Shown: positions 1-13,384, counted from the whole stretch's first letter. The stretch: DNA of 63,664 nucleotides, filler included, from Octopus bimaculoides (GCF_001194135.2; 4 parts of 4 records of this genome joined end to end with filler, not necessarily neighbours in it); one strand, 5' to 3'. The notes: generated by a model not told the origin, from the letters alone. Numbers and translations: made by a program.

Positions 1-48
<48 letters not shown>
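1..48. repeat. (TG)n microsatellite
   Basis: Perfect TG dinucleotide run; many similar (TG)n/(TA)n runs flank the N gaps throughout the window. Confidence 0.98.
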
Positions 49-51
<3 letters not shown>

Positions 52-365
52 ATGTACGGTGGGGGACATATAATCATATATATAATATAAAAATACTCGT
101 GTGTGTGATCTTTTATTATATAAATATTGACACACACGTATATCGAACTTAATTTAATAAAACAGCTGAAGTAATACCAATATTGGTATTAGTGAATTTT
201 TTATAGCAAAAACAAACTCCAGTGAGTATAATCATGTTTTTTACTCACATGGATAATTGTTCAATAATTTGAAACTTGACCAAACAAATGTAATAAATTC
301 TATTCTTGTTTGCACGAATATACATCCATACGTACATCCATACATACATACGTATACATATACAG

Positions 366-369
366 AAAT

Positions 370-431
<62 letters not shown>

Positions 432-481
432 GTCCTTGTTTGTCCCCTCTATATTTAGCCCCTTGTGGGCAATAAAGAATT

Positions 482-555
<74 letters not shown>
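366..555. repeat. (GATA)n microsatellite interrupted by a ~50-bp retroposon 3' tail (432-483)
   Basis: Two GATA arrays flank tgtccttgtttgtcccctc...gggcaataaagaattaa; a related tail lies on the - strand at ~63580-63640. Confidence 0.85.
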
Positions 556-1029
556 TTACATATGTGTGCTCGCCTGAGTGTGTGTGCTTATTTCTCTTTA
601 AAAAAAGTTTACGTTGTGTGATAAAAAAAAGTGCAATGCATATTCATAAATATATATATAGATATGTGTTTTAATAAAATGTTTTTCAATAAGTAAGTTT
701 TGTCTAAAAAAAAATAATCAAACAGCTTAATTTTAGAAACAGAAAGGAACATTAAAAACATATGACTCTATGTTGTTAAAATTTCTATATAAAATATATT
801 AAATTAACATCAGAAACAAGCTATGTTAAATCGACCGTTATTAATAAATAGATTGATATGATGCGAATATATATTTTATGAAAAGTTTATGTATTACAAA
901 TGTAACATAGAATTTAATATCAATTTTTATATATACGGAGTATTCGATGAATAGAAGCACGCAAGCGTATAGGAATATTTCTTTATGTGAGTGCATTTCT
1001 GTATGGTCGTATGCACAAATATTGTAAAG

Positions 1030-1101
<72 letters not shown>

Positions 1102-1537
1102 NNNNNNNNNNNNNNNNNNNNNNNNNNNNNNNNNNNNNNNNNNNNNNNNNNNNNNNNNNNNNNNNNNNNNNNNNNNNNNNNNNNNNNNNNNNNNNNNNNN
1201 NNNNNNNNNNNNNNNNNNNNNNNNNNNNNNNNNNNNNNNNNNNNNNNNNNNNNNNNNNNNNNNNNNNNNNNNNNNNNNNNNNNNNNNNNNNNNNNNNNNN
1301 NNNNNNNNNNNNNNNNNNNNNNNNNNNNNNNATATATATATATATATATACATTTATATAATGTGTGTGTTAATTCATGCACACATTAAACCGTATATAT
1401 ATAGATAGAATTGCTGATATAATAATTTGTAATCAGCTGTGTAGGCATAATTATAAACTCTTATATCTTGCTAAAACCATACCCACTGTTTTTAAAAAAA
1501 GGAGGGCACATGGAATAATGTACTCCAAGTAGATATA

Positions 1538-1629
1538 GCGGCGCATGGCCTAGTGGTTAGGTTGTTGAACTTATGGTCGTAAGAACGTGATTTCGATTTC
1601 TGGAGCGGGCAATGCGTTTTGTTCTTGAT
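1538..1629 (+). mobile_element. tRNA-derived SINE head (family A, truncated)
   Basis: A-box-like TGGCCTAGTGG and degenerate B-box TTTCGATTTC; clearly similar to the copy at 1835. Confidence 0.75.
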
Positions 1630-1834
1630 CCATAATCCAAGAGTTAAGTTTTAGAGAAGCAGAGTTTGCGACGCGTTTTTAATCCCTGATATAAACTATA
1701 TTTCTCCATGTTGTGGAAATAGTTAATGAACGTCATATTTCACATTTTAAAAGATGATGAGCTGAGACAGCAATCTAGTTTCCAACTTTCGTTCGAATTA
1801 TTTTATATTCATACACACCCCTAATATATATCCA

Positions 1835-2057
1835 GTGGAGCCGCGTGGCTTAGTGCTCAGGGTGTTGGACTCATAATCGTAAGATTGTGGTTTTGATTCC
1901 TGGACCGGGCAATGTATTTTGTTCTTGATCAAAACACTTCATTTCACGTTGCTCCAGTCCACTCAGCTGGTAAAGATGAGTAATCCTGCGACGGATGTCA
2001 TGGGATGAATATATACGCCAGAGAAACCGAGAAACCGGCCCTATGTTCCTTATGGAG
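1835..2057 (+). mobile_element. tRNA-derived SINE (family A)
   Basis: tRNA-like head plus central motif cacttcatttcacgttgctccagtccactcagctg, which is shared with the copy at 62850-63055. Confidence 0.8.
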
Positions 2058-2081
2058 TAATGTGGACTATTCTGTAGATAT

Positions 2082-2235
2082 GGCCAGGTGTTTAAGAAGT
2101 TCCCTTCACGATCGTTTAGTTCTGAGTTCTATCCCACAGCACTACATCTTCGGAAAGTATTTTAACCATAACTAGCGATCAACAGAAGTCTCGTGAGTGA
2201 GATTTGGTAGACGGGAACTGCACGGAAAACTGTGT
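2082..2235 (+). mobile_element. tRNA-derived SINE head (family B, degenerate)
   Basis: Similar to heads at 10181-10312 and 47023/49264 (ttaagaag...ttctga gttc...gatttggtagacgggaactg). Confidence 0.6.
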
Positions 2236-2344
2236 ATCGTCGTTCAGATAACATACTTAAAAAAGTCGGTGCATTGAACAAACATGATTTGCAGCATTTA
2301 GTTCCAGTTGAATTATCTCCCTTTGCGTTTTATTCTCTTACCCT

Positions 2345-2580
2345 TTTATCTTTTACATGTTTCAGTCATTGGACTGCGGTCATGCTGGGGCACCGACTTA
2401 TAGAGTTTTAACCGAATAAGTCGACTCCAATACTTATTTTTGTAAAGTGTGTTACTTATTCTGTCAGTCTCTTTTTGCTGAAGTAAGTTACACGAACGTA
2501 AATAAGTTACAATAACGTAAATAAGCCAACACTGGCAGTCAAGCGGGTGGAGGGTACAAAAACACAAAGACATATACACA
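2345..2580 (-). mobile_element. SINE family B 3' body/tail
   Basis: Reverse complement of the ...ccagcatgaccgcagtccaatgactgaaacatgtaaaaga tail also seen at 53385-53622, 56920-57105 and 60995-61170. Confidence 0.8.
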
Positions 2581-2842
2581 TAGGTATACACACACACACA
2601 TACACACACACACGCATACACACACACGCATACACATACACACACAGTTATGATTTACAGTTTCAATCTTTAAGCAAAAAAACCCGCTTTCGCTAATACA
2701 GTATATTCTATTTCAAATTAGCTAATTTAATTAGTGAAAGCAGAGTTTCTTTGCTAAGACATTATATCTCTAAAGAAATACAGCTATTTGCACAAAATTT
2801 CTCTCTAGTATTCTGACTTGTTTCATATTTGAATCAAGTATT

Positions 2843-2898
<56 letters not shown>

Positions 2899-3074
2899 NN
2901 NNNNNNNNNNNNNNNNNNNNNNNNNNNNNNNNNNNNNNNNNNNNNTGTGTGTGCGTGCGCGCGCGCGCGTGTGCGTGTGTGTGTGTGTGTGTGATTTGAA
3001 CTCAGAATTCATGGATCAGGGACATATATCGCAAGATATTCCGTCCAACATTCTAACAATTTCCTTAATCCACT

Positions 3075-3160
3075 GACCTAGATTGCAACCTTTTTATTGA
3101 CCCCCAAAGGATAAAAAGCAAAATTGACTTCGGTTTCATTTGAACTTCGAGTGCAGAGAA
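3075..3160 (-). mobile_element. SINE family C fragment
   Basis: Matches the central domain of 5862-6040 (gaggtcgactttgcctcttatcctttcgggg). Confidence 0.6.
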
Positions 3161-3636
3161 TTGGCAAAAGTACAGCGAGATTTTCTATCCAATATCATAA
3201 TGATTCTTCTAATTCCTATTATAAGTTAAAAAGAAAAAATATCTCTGTGCCATTTATGCGCAACACTTTTATGCACATTGTCAGGAAAATAGTAAAAGCC
3301 CACAATGTTAGAGTCTTTTATTCTGACGCTTCAAGCATTTAGAAGAACATCTAACTGCCCAAAGGTAAATAAATTCATTAAACTCTTTAAACTTTTTACA
3401 AATTACTCATATTTCAGTTAAAACCGGATTACGAGTTTTCTGATAATCTGAAATTTTATCATCTAGTATAATTTAAGTTTGATTGAATTTTACATTTTGC
3501 TATCAATATCTACACTTGTCACAGACAGAAAGTAGAAGGTTGAATTGGTTGTTAGAAATGTAGGTTCTGACAACAATTGACCCTCAGTAAAGGAGAAGTT
3601 GATAAAAACAAAAGTTGCTGTCTTCAATTCAGTTTT

Positions 3637-4030
3637 CATGCCTATTCTCACATACGGTCATGAATTTTGAGTAATGCTCGAAACAGAACAATCGCGAATT
3701 CAAGTGGCCGAAATGGGGTTCCTCTGAAAGATATCTGGAGTAACGTTACTCAGCAGGGTATGTAACTCGGAGATCAGGGAGTCTAGCCATGTCGAGATGA
3801 TACTTTCCACATTGGGAGGTCACAGCTCCGGTACTACATACATGGGATTAGAACATCACCGGAAAGAATCGCAAGACATATTCTTCAAGCCAATCAACCG
3901 GCAGGAGACCTAGGTGTAGACCAACAACGAGATGATTGGATAATATCCATAGTCTCGATTGGATGCTATGGTGGAGATGCCTGAGAATTGTACCCCAAAG
4001 ACCATCGCGTGAATTGTGAGCAGAGATGGA
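3637..4030 (+). mobile_element. RTE-clade LINE 3' fragment (pseudogenised C-terminus)
   Basis: Translates to MPILTYGHEF*VMLETEQSRIQVAEMGFL*KISGV, the typical RTE PILTYG..W..AEM.FLR C-terminal block, with stops. Confidence 0.8.
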
Positions 4031-5719
4031 TGGATGGATGGAACAACGTCTCATGCTTTTGATTAGCATCTTTTAGTATTTCTCGCAAATACCTTCAGTA
4101 GAGGCGAAAATACGTGACTAAAGTTAGAGGAGTTGCACGAGCACGAATTCGGTGTTTGATTCTTAAGTTGAATAACTTCAGAGTACAGGTTCAACTCTCA
4201 CCTGATGCGACTGTGTTTATGATAGTTGCAATATATCAGCTTTTATCCATCAAACTCAGAATGAAAATTTGAACAACGAACAAAAAATATCCTCTCAGTG
4301 AAATACCTTCATACCTTTTCTTACTTTTCTCCTTGTCAATATATTTTCCCCTTTCTCGCTCTCCTATAGTAATTAACTCATAGTCTTAGCTGCATGGTAC
4401 TGATGAGATTCAACCAAATCGAAATGGCAGCTATATACGATTAAGAATATAAACATTGAAGATTTTATAGCTGAATCGAAAAAAGACATTTAATTAAATA
4501 CAAAACCATTATATCATAAACTCAAAATTTCCTTCGCTAAACTCAGATTTGCTTCACAAGCAATTTTTAAAAAAATAAATGATATTAACTTCTTATAAGA
4601 TGATTCTCTCCCTTACAATAGTAATGAACAACCAATGAGCCAGCATTCTACAATGATTTTCCCAACAAAGAAATATTCTTCGATGTACTGAACTCTTAGA
4701 TTAACTGTCTTTCATCTTGTATTCTATAGAAACTCGAATAAGCAGATCTAGAAAGCAACGAAAATATCTAAAAAGTCAATGAAACTATTTGTTCAATAAA
4801 TAATCTGTTTGAAGTACATATAAAAAATACAATTTGTATTGGTCAAATGTTTTTATTAAGCATTAATCCATTATTGTAAGTAGGGAGGGGGAGCAGAATG
4901 TATTACAATTGATTGATTATAGATTAATGTAATATTCTGTTAGAGCCGATAGTCTGTTGATATGACAGTTGGGTGAAAGAGTTCTAAGAAACGGAATGTT
5001 GCTCGCTTAAATATTTTCCGATATATGATCTGTAACCTTCTTCTGTAATGTATTGGGTCAATTCAACTGATTATACTGCTTCCATTTAAACAATTCTTTC
5101 ACTGTCAATTCAAAAGAGACCAATATATTGCAAGTGATAATAAAGATTTTTCATATTGGCACAAGTCTGTAAGTATGTAGGTGATGATACAGTAGAGTGG
5201 ACTCTCCCATCGTAAACAACAGATGATGATTCCGCAGTTTCTTGCTGAATAACACAGATGATTTGTTTATAGTGATCAAATATCGGCATTGTCTGTTCAA
5301 ATGTACGGTGTGCCACGCATCACATCTGCCCTCCTCTGACAAAACACAGTTGATCAAAAAACAAGAGACTGAGATAATTGAAAAAAAGATTGAATAAATT
5401 ATGCTAATTTTCCTAACTTACTCTGTGTCATGGGCTGCTGTATAATGAAAAGTTAAATTATTTTCTAAGGTCATATCTCTAGTTATGAGACATGGATCAA
5501 GGAATTCAAATATCCATTCTCCGATATAACAGTAAATCGACTTGCTGTGTTTTATTGGAGGACAGCAGAGATGTCAAAATGATCGCAATGACCCTCAATA
5601 TATGATCAGTAATTATATAATTGAACTCTGAGAAAGAGGTAGAGAGAGAAAGAGGAGGCAAAAAAGAAATTGCGGAACCTTCCTCTGTTATTTACGACGA
5701 TGGAGTCCAACGTATATAT

Positions 5720-5774
<55 letters not shown>

Positions 5775-5861
5775 ATCCTTTCTACTATAGGCATAAGATA
5801 ATGGCAGTGCCCCAGCATGGCCACAGCTCATGAGCTGGAACTAGATCAAATCAAATCAAAG

Positions 5862-6040
5862 GCATAAGGGCTGAAATTTTGGGGAGGAGTATAGTCGATT
5901 ACATCGACCCCAATATTCAACTGGTACTTAATTTATCAACCCCGAAAGGATAAGAGGCAAAGTCGACCTCGGCGGAATTTGAACTCAGAAGATGGAGACG
6001 GACGAAATACCACCGCACATTCCTGCCAAGTCGCTGTCCT
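5862..6040 (-). mobile_element. tRNA-derived SINE family C
   Basis: Reverse strand reads ctgagttcaaattccgccgaggtcgactttgcc...gataaattaagtaccagttgaatattggggtcgatgtaatcgact (B-box plus conserved body). Confidence 0.8.
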
Positions 6041-6238
<198 letters not shown>

Positions 6239-6604
6239 GAGAGAAGATACGCCACACAATTCGGCTATGTATTTTATCGGAAAAGGAAGTACCTCACCTC
6301 TCATGGATATATCACACACGCACAAACAGATAGACAAACATAAGCACGCACAATCACATGTGCACATAAATACGCATACACATACATGCATACATGCATA
6401 CATACATACATACACATTCACATATACTCATACGCGCGTACTTACACATACATACCACACATATACACATAGCACACCATGCTAATTCGTTTAAGAAATA
6501 TCGAAAGTCTTGAGGAAGCACCGAGAGGATAAGGAAGGAGATGTTAGGTGTCTTATAAAAAAAAACAATAGCACATTACAAGAAATGAATAAATGAACGA
6601 AGCT

Positions 6605-6787
6605 GATCAATCAGTCAATCAATCAATCAGTCAGTCAATCACTCACTGAATCAAACAGTCAGTCAGTCAATCAGTCAAACAATTACTCATACAACCAGTC
6701 TGTTAATCAAACAGTCAGTTAGTCAATCAGTCAGTCAATCATTCAATCAATCAGCCAATCAATCAATCAATCATTCAATAAATCAAT
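6605..6787. repeat. (CAAT)/(CAGT) mosaic tetranucleotide repeat
   Basis: Visible directly. Confidence 0.9.
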
Positions 6788-7364
6788 ATGTCCTTTCTCG
6801 TAGTTAAAGGTCAGGGGACGGCCTTACATACAAACACCACTCCTTGCTAGCATATTTTATTTATTTCATCAGCTCACTACACTGAATCCCCTATAAATTC
6901 TTTTAAAAACAGGTGAAGCATTTGAATTTCGTTTATGTAAGTGAAAAAAAACGAAATTACGAAATACAAATGATAATGAAATGTCTTTAACGTCAGTGGG
7001 GGGTAAGTCATTGCTTCGTTGCTATAAAATGGTTTGTAAACTTACGAAGGTGTGAAAAGCAAACTTTAAAATGTAGAAGAGCATAAAACTTTAATCTAGA
7101 AACGAGACTAAATACACATAGACATTCTTACACACAACCAACAGCAACAGCAGTCATTACTCAAAGAAAACAGTCTTTGATTATTTATCTATTTGTAATG
7201 GTTTAATTATAGATTTTCAAGTTGAAGAAAGAGAAACAAAAGAAGAAAGATAATTGCTGCGTTTTGTTTCAGAACGTCCTTGAAATAAATAATAATGTTT
7301 GACTTGCGTGTGAAGTCTCCGATGTAAGCTGCTTTGGGTATTGGGGATGAAGGTGATGTTGTTC

Positions 7365-7395
7365 TTGCTGCTGCTGCTGCTGCTGTTGTTGTTGT

Positions 7396-7433
<38 letters not shown>

Positions 7434-7660
7434 TTGCTGCTGGTTCAGGTATATTACGGTGGGGGAACACCGGTGGTGAAGGTGGTGGTGGTGGTGGTGG
7501 TGGTGGTAGTGATGGTATAATCAATTGCTGAGGCGGTGGCGCTGGTGGTGGTGGTAGTGATGATGGTATAGTCTATAGCTGTGGTGGTGGTGGTGGTATT
7601 GGTGGTGTTGGTGGTGGTGGTGGTGGTGTAGTACATTGTGGTGATAGTGAAGTGGTGTAA
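7365..7660. repeat. (GCT)/(GTT)/(GGT) compound trinucleotide repeat with an internal duplicated unit
   Basis: Visible directly; ggtggtagtgatggtata..ctg occurs twice. Confidence 0.9.
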
Positions 7661-8062
7661 TATTGACTCTTTGTACTAGAGTTATTCGTGCTGATGTATG
7701 TTGCTAGTGATAACGATATGAAATGTTGCTGTTATTATTGCTATTGTTTAAGTCCATAACCGACCCACATCAGGCAAAACCTGTGATAGACAACATTCCA
7801 GTCATGACCACTCCTCCTTACTTTAATACTATATTTAGGACTACATTATCCTTATATGTTCCGCCTCGTTTATGGTGGTAAGATGTGATCTGAGGAAGAT
7901 TTAACACCTGCGCGGCACCTTGGACAAGTAACTTCTGTTATAGCCTTGCGAGTAATATTTGGATGTTTTGTCTTATGTATGTATTCTTATGCATATAATT
8001 GCATACCTAGATATGCTCATATAAACCTAAATGATAAACTTCTGGAAAGCTTTATTTTTACC

Positions 8063-8131
8063 GTTGGATCTGTAGTTTTCGAATCAGCTTTCTCTTTTCT
8101 GGTTTTGAAAAGCCTAATTTCTCAAGATTGT
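8063..8131 (-). mobile_element. Second, diverged RLE-retrotransposon C-terminal fragment
   Basis: Encodes NLEKLGFSKPEKRKLIRKLQIQ; 13/22 identical to NLYKLGFSERESDRLIRTLHVQ of the adjacent element. Confidence 0.6.
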
Positions 8132-8149
8132 ATATACGTCTCTTTTATT

Positions 8150-8650
8150 TTTTAACTGTTATAAATCTTCCACTGAGGAGGGAGTCGGTTTCCAACAAAG
8201 ATACATGGCTCCATCTTTGGGATGTAGCTAACACAAACAAATTCACATTTGGAACTTGAGAAAAGTCTTGCATATTTTTACTGTTCCATTCACAGATTGG
8301 ACATGTAATGTACGAATCAGCCGGTCACTTTCTCTTTCTGAAAAACCTAGTTTATACAGATTCTCCTTTAAGCATTTACTAACAAAACCAAGTGCTCGAA
8401 TTATTATTGGTATGAATATGAATTCATAGTCTGGATATAGAAGCTGGAGGTTTCGAAGCAGTTGTCCATAGCTATCCTCTTTCTCTTTGATTTTCAAAGA
8501 AATATTTATATCTGGAAGGCACCTGACCCAAACAACAATATCCGACTTGGTACGCTTACATTTGACAGAAGTTTTGATGGGAATATTCCACCAGTATTCC
8601 TTGAGTTAGTGTTTATGAATGTATTCCATAACAGAGGGATTTTCTAAGTC
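8150..8650 (-). mobile_element. Non-LTR retrotransposon with restriction-like endonuclease (R4/Dong- or CRE-like), 3' fragment
   Basis: EYWWNIPIKTSVKCKRTKSDIVVW (decayed PD motif) then KEKEDSYGQLLRNLQLLYPDYEFIFIPIIIRALG...GTVKICKTFLKF, followed by a short 3' UTR and an A-rich end. Confidence 0.8.
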
Positions 8651-8945
8651 TATTGTATTTATGTATTTATGTATGTATGTATGTATGTATGTATGTATGT
8701 ATGTATGTATGTATGTATGTATAAACGAATAGAGATTTGAAATTAAGATAGATATCTTACGAGCACTCTGGATAAAATCCAAACGCGGCTAACCACATCG
8801 AATTATAGAAAACATTTTGGAATCATTTAAGATAAACAACTAAACTGTTCTCCCTTCGACTGGCAAATCCAGACTTTGCTTCAATAGATTTCATGCAGAA
8901 TACAGGGTATATAATCAATGACTGAAACAAGTAAAAGATATGCGG

Positions 8946-8983
<38 letters not shown>

Positions 8984-10180
8984 NNNNNNNNNNNNNNNNN
9001 NNNNNNNNNNNNNNNNNNNNNNNNNNNNNNNNNNNNNNNNNNNNNNNNNNNNNNNNNNNNNNNNNNNNNNNNNNNNNNNNNNNNNNNNNNNNNNNNNNNN
9101 NNNNNNNNNNNNNNNNNNNNNNNNNNNNNNNNNNNNNNNNNNNNNNNNNNNNNNNNNNNNNNNNNNNNNNNNNNNNNNNNNNNNNNNNNNNNNNNNNNNN
9201 NNNNNNNNNNNNNNNNNNNNNNNNNNNNNNNNNNNNNNNNNNNNNNNNNNNNNNNNNNNNNNNNNNNNNNNNNNNNNNNNNNNNNNNNNNNNNNNNNNNN
9301 NNNNNNNNNNNNNNNNNNNNNNNNNNNNNNNNNNNNNNNNNNNNNNNNNNNNNNNNNNNNNNNNNNNNNNNNNNNNNNNNNNNNNNNNNNNNNNNNNNNN
9401 NNNNNNNNNNNNNNNNNNNNNNNNNNNNNNNNNNNNNNNNNNNNNNNNNNNNNNNNNNNNNNNNNNNNNNNNNNNNNNNNNNNNNNNNNNNNNNNNNNNN
9501 NNNNNNNNNNNNNNNNNNNNNNNNNNNNNNNNNNNTGTGTGTGTGTGTGTGACTTGGGGTAAGGATGGTAGAGGACGTGATGATGCCGATGGTATTATAT
9601 AAGATCTATGTCGTGTGTGAACGGTACAACAACAGGCAGTTCGATTTAATAACAAACGCTCGCAGACAAGAACAGAACGCTGCCACGTCTAACTAATACC
9701 ATTTTTGTTTTCTTAATACACACACACACACACGCATTTATTGTCAAAGATCGCCTATTGGCGGTGAATAAGTGCAGAGGAGAGAAAGCAGAGTAATGAA
9801 GAATTAAAGAGAAAAAGAAAGATTGAGAGAGGGAGAGAGGGGGGAGAAAGAGAAGTGAGGAGTTGGAGGATATGTAACTAATCACGATTGACATTAAACC
9901 AGGCTGTTAGAAAAAGTAAAATGAATAAAAAAGAATGATGTTACATTTATGAGTATGGTGGGGAAGACAAAGAAGTAGAGAGAAAAGAAAAGAAAGAAAG
10001 AGAGAAAGAAATATAGAAAGAAAGAAAGAAAGAAATATATGTATGAGAGAGAGATGGGGAGAGAGAGAGAAAGAATTAGTGAGAGAGATAACAGAGCGGC
10101 GTCGTGTCTGTATGCTAGTATGTCTAACGCAAAATGTTCCAGTACAAAAACAAATTTTGAGAGCGAAGGAATTGGGTGAT

Positions 10181-10312
10181 CCACTCACAAGGCTTTGGTG
10201 GGTCAAAGACTATGGTAGAAGACACTTGTTCAAGGTGCCACGTTGTGGGACTGAGCCATGAACCATGTTTCTGGGAAGCAAGCTTCTTACCACGCCTGCG
10301 CCTCTATATGTA
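10181..10312 (-). mobile_element. tRNA-derived SINE family B head
   Basis: rc aggcgcaggcgtggtaagaagcttgcttccc...tcagtcccac...accttgaacaagtgtcttctac. Confidence 0.8.
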
Positions 10313-12132
10313 TGTACACCTCTATATGTATGCACTTGTGTATGTGTGTACCGGCATAAATTGTTGTAAATAAACTATCGTCTATAATTCCGCAAAGAAA
10401 GGTAACACTTTCTGAGAAACATTTAACGATTCGTAGAATAGACTTCAATAAACGTTATATCAGACGCAGTGCTGGAGCCGATTAATTTATTAAAAATGCA
10501 TGGAAAGCAGTGCTCCAGCTTGGTCGCAATCCATCAGTGAAACAATTAAAAATGGCTAGAAATCAATATTTTTTTTCTTTTATTCTTTTATTTTTTTCAG
10601 TATGATTTGTTTCCTATGATATTTTTTCATTAAGAACAACAATATTAATCTCTTTAAGACTCGTAATTTATAATCGCTTTTTTGAAACTGGGAATTGCTT
10701 TTCCAGCTTAATATAATAGAGTATTCTTCAGAAATGCTCATATCACATTCTAAACAAAATTACGTTTCGCCAAACAAATATAATTCCTATTTTTCTTTTA
10801 TTAATCAAATAAAATAGTAATGTAAAATATAATAATGATGTATTTATCGGGCACAGCAATTATTATATCTTTTTTTTTTGTTTTGTTTTTCTAATAAAAG
10901 ACAATGCAATTTGATTGTTTTTAAATTTGATAACTTTGAAATACCAGGCAATTTCTACATGCTTCTTGGTTTATCATCCACTAGAGAAATAAATATAAAA
11001 TCTAGAGGGGTATTTTTTTTGTGGAATATAGTCATTTTGGTTTATTTCATTTCAGGCTGTATTCCCAAATGATTCCGTTGACAAAAATGGTAACTCATCA
11101 CTCCTAATCACTTCGTATTCTCACCAAAACAAAATATACATAAAATAAATTCGTTCTTAAATCTAAAAGGAAAGAAAGTCAGAAGGGAATTCAGAGNNNN
11201 NNNNNNNNNNNNNNNNNNNNNNNNNNNNNNNNNNNNNNNNNNNNNNNNNNNNNNNNNNNNNNNNNNNNNNNNNNNNNNNNNNNNNNNNNNNNNNNNNNNN
11301 NNNNNNNNNNNNNNNNNNNNNNNNNNNNNNNNNNNNNNNNNNNNNNNNNNNNNNNNNNNNNNNNNNNNNNNNNNNNNNNNNNNNNNNNNNNNNNNNNNNN
11401 NNNNNNNNNNNNNNNNNNNNNNNNNNNNNNNNNNNNNNNNNNNNNNNNNNNNNNNNNNNNNNNNNNNNNNNNNNNNNNNNNNNNNNNNNNNCATATAAAG
11501 GAACAGGGATTTGAAATAAAGATACCTCACGAGCACTCTGATAAAATCCATACGTGGCTAACTACATCGAATTATAGGAGACAATTTTGAATAATTTAAG
11601 ATAAACAACTAAACTGTACTCCCTTCGATTGGTAAATTTAGAGTTCGCTTCAATAGATTTCATGTAGATTACAGAGTATATAATCAATGACTGAAACAAG
11701 TAAAAGATATGTGAATGTGTGTGTGTGGGGGGGGTCTGTCTGTCTGTCTGCGTCTGTGTGTGTACATATAAACGCTATTCCTTCTACCGTTGCCGCAGGC
11801 GCTATATTCAAACACTCGCCGACATCAAGTTTAAAATACGTCCAAGGCCTATTCCTTGTCATTCGTCCTGTACAAAATTTGTGCTCGTGCTACATAACAA
11901 CACTAAGAACTATTTCACCTGAAATGGCTCTACTCTCTTTAAGAGCATTCTAAGAAATAGCATGCTAAGCAAGACTCCATAACATTCAAACAGTTCCTGG
12001 AATAATTCCTCCAACAGAATTCCAGATAAACCGCCTACACTGGGATATATCTCTGCAAGCAATAGCTCTTTACTCGAATATGCGACGGTGCTTAAAATAT
12101 GGCTGTCACATGAAACATGATAAAAGCATACG

Positions 12133-12173
<41 letters not shown>

Positions 12174-12414
12174 CTCTGCATTTACATTATGCATTTTGCT
12201 CGTGTTGAGTATATAATCATAACTGTGAACTTTCGCATATTTTTCACGTATTTTCACATCAAACTTGGTTCATGGGATAGTAAACTCATGTATTGTAAAC
12301 TCATGGGATTGTGGGTTCATAAATTTGTGTATATCATGATGTGTAAATTGTGATGTCATGATGTGTGAAACCTATATATCTGTGTGATAAGGGAGCTCTG
12401 CAAAAGTCTATGGG

Positions 12415-13344
12415 GGCATGTATCTTTTATGCATAAAGTTCGTTTAATGCATATAATTAACGCTCAGAGAAAACCTATCCAGGCTGGAGGTGTGGCAAAA
12501 AAGATTGTGGGGGTCCTGCTTAAAATTTGAAAGTGTGAAATGTTGCTTGTGCATACTGGGGGAGAAGGTTTCATCCCTAACATTCAATATATTCGCTTTA
12601 ATTTTTCAGTGATGCAAAGCTCGCATTTGCTGCCCCGCCCCTTGTATTTGTTGAGCTTAGCAACCATGCTCCGGGTTATCTGGGAGTTGCTCACATCTCT
12701 CTCTTTCAGTGACCATACCATGTTGGATACGGATGTTCTGTGTTCTTTTGCTTTTATCTCTGAGTGAAGCCAAACGCTTTCTGTGAATGTGTTTCCCACT
12801 ATTCCAATATTGGTTTCTGTTATTCCGTTCAAATCCGTAATGTTGGCCCTGTACACAAGTTCTTTTTCGAGACACTGGTTGTTCAGCGTCAGCTGTTTGA
12901 AGATCTACAATTACAGGGTCTTTGGACGATATTCCTAATATTATTATTCTTATTGTGGTTGAATATACTTGACTCTATTGCTATCGTTAACCGTATTTCT
13001 ATTGAAGATCTTGTGGTATTAATGTGAGTATGGGGAATGGCTACCTATTACTTTTAGGAATTTACTATGTTGGTGGCTAAATTCATGCTATGTAGGGGAT
13101 TGTAGCATAAGGTTTTCCTGTGCCTGCACCTCCTGGGTTTATCTACATTTGGCTCAATATAATTCATGCTATTCCTTAAAATGAACTTTTTTAATGCAGC
13201 GTTGTTGTATAGGGCTGCCTTTTCAAAAGTAGCTTTATCGGTGAATAGATTGGAAACTTGTCAGCGAATGCTATTAAGTAAATGTTTTATGATTGACTGT
13301 GGATGGTTCGAATCTATGTCGATGTATGCGTTATCCTCATTTGG

Positions 13345-13348
<4 letters not shown>
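12415..13348 (-). mobile_element. Penelope-like element, Naiad-type, 3' remnant (thumb-linker-GIY-YIG)
   Basis: YIDIDSNHPQSIIK, YHKIFNRNTV, CNCx5[TGA]x5C, LVYRANI...TNIG, KCELCITEK, with frameshifts and stops. Confidence 0.85.
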
Positions 13349-13384
<36 letters not shown>

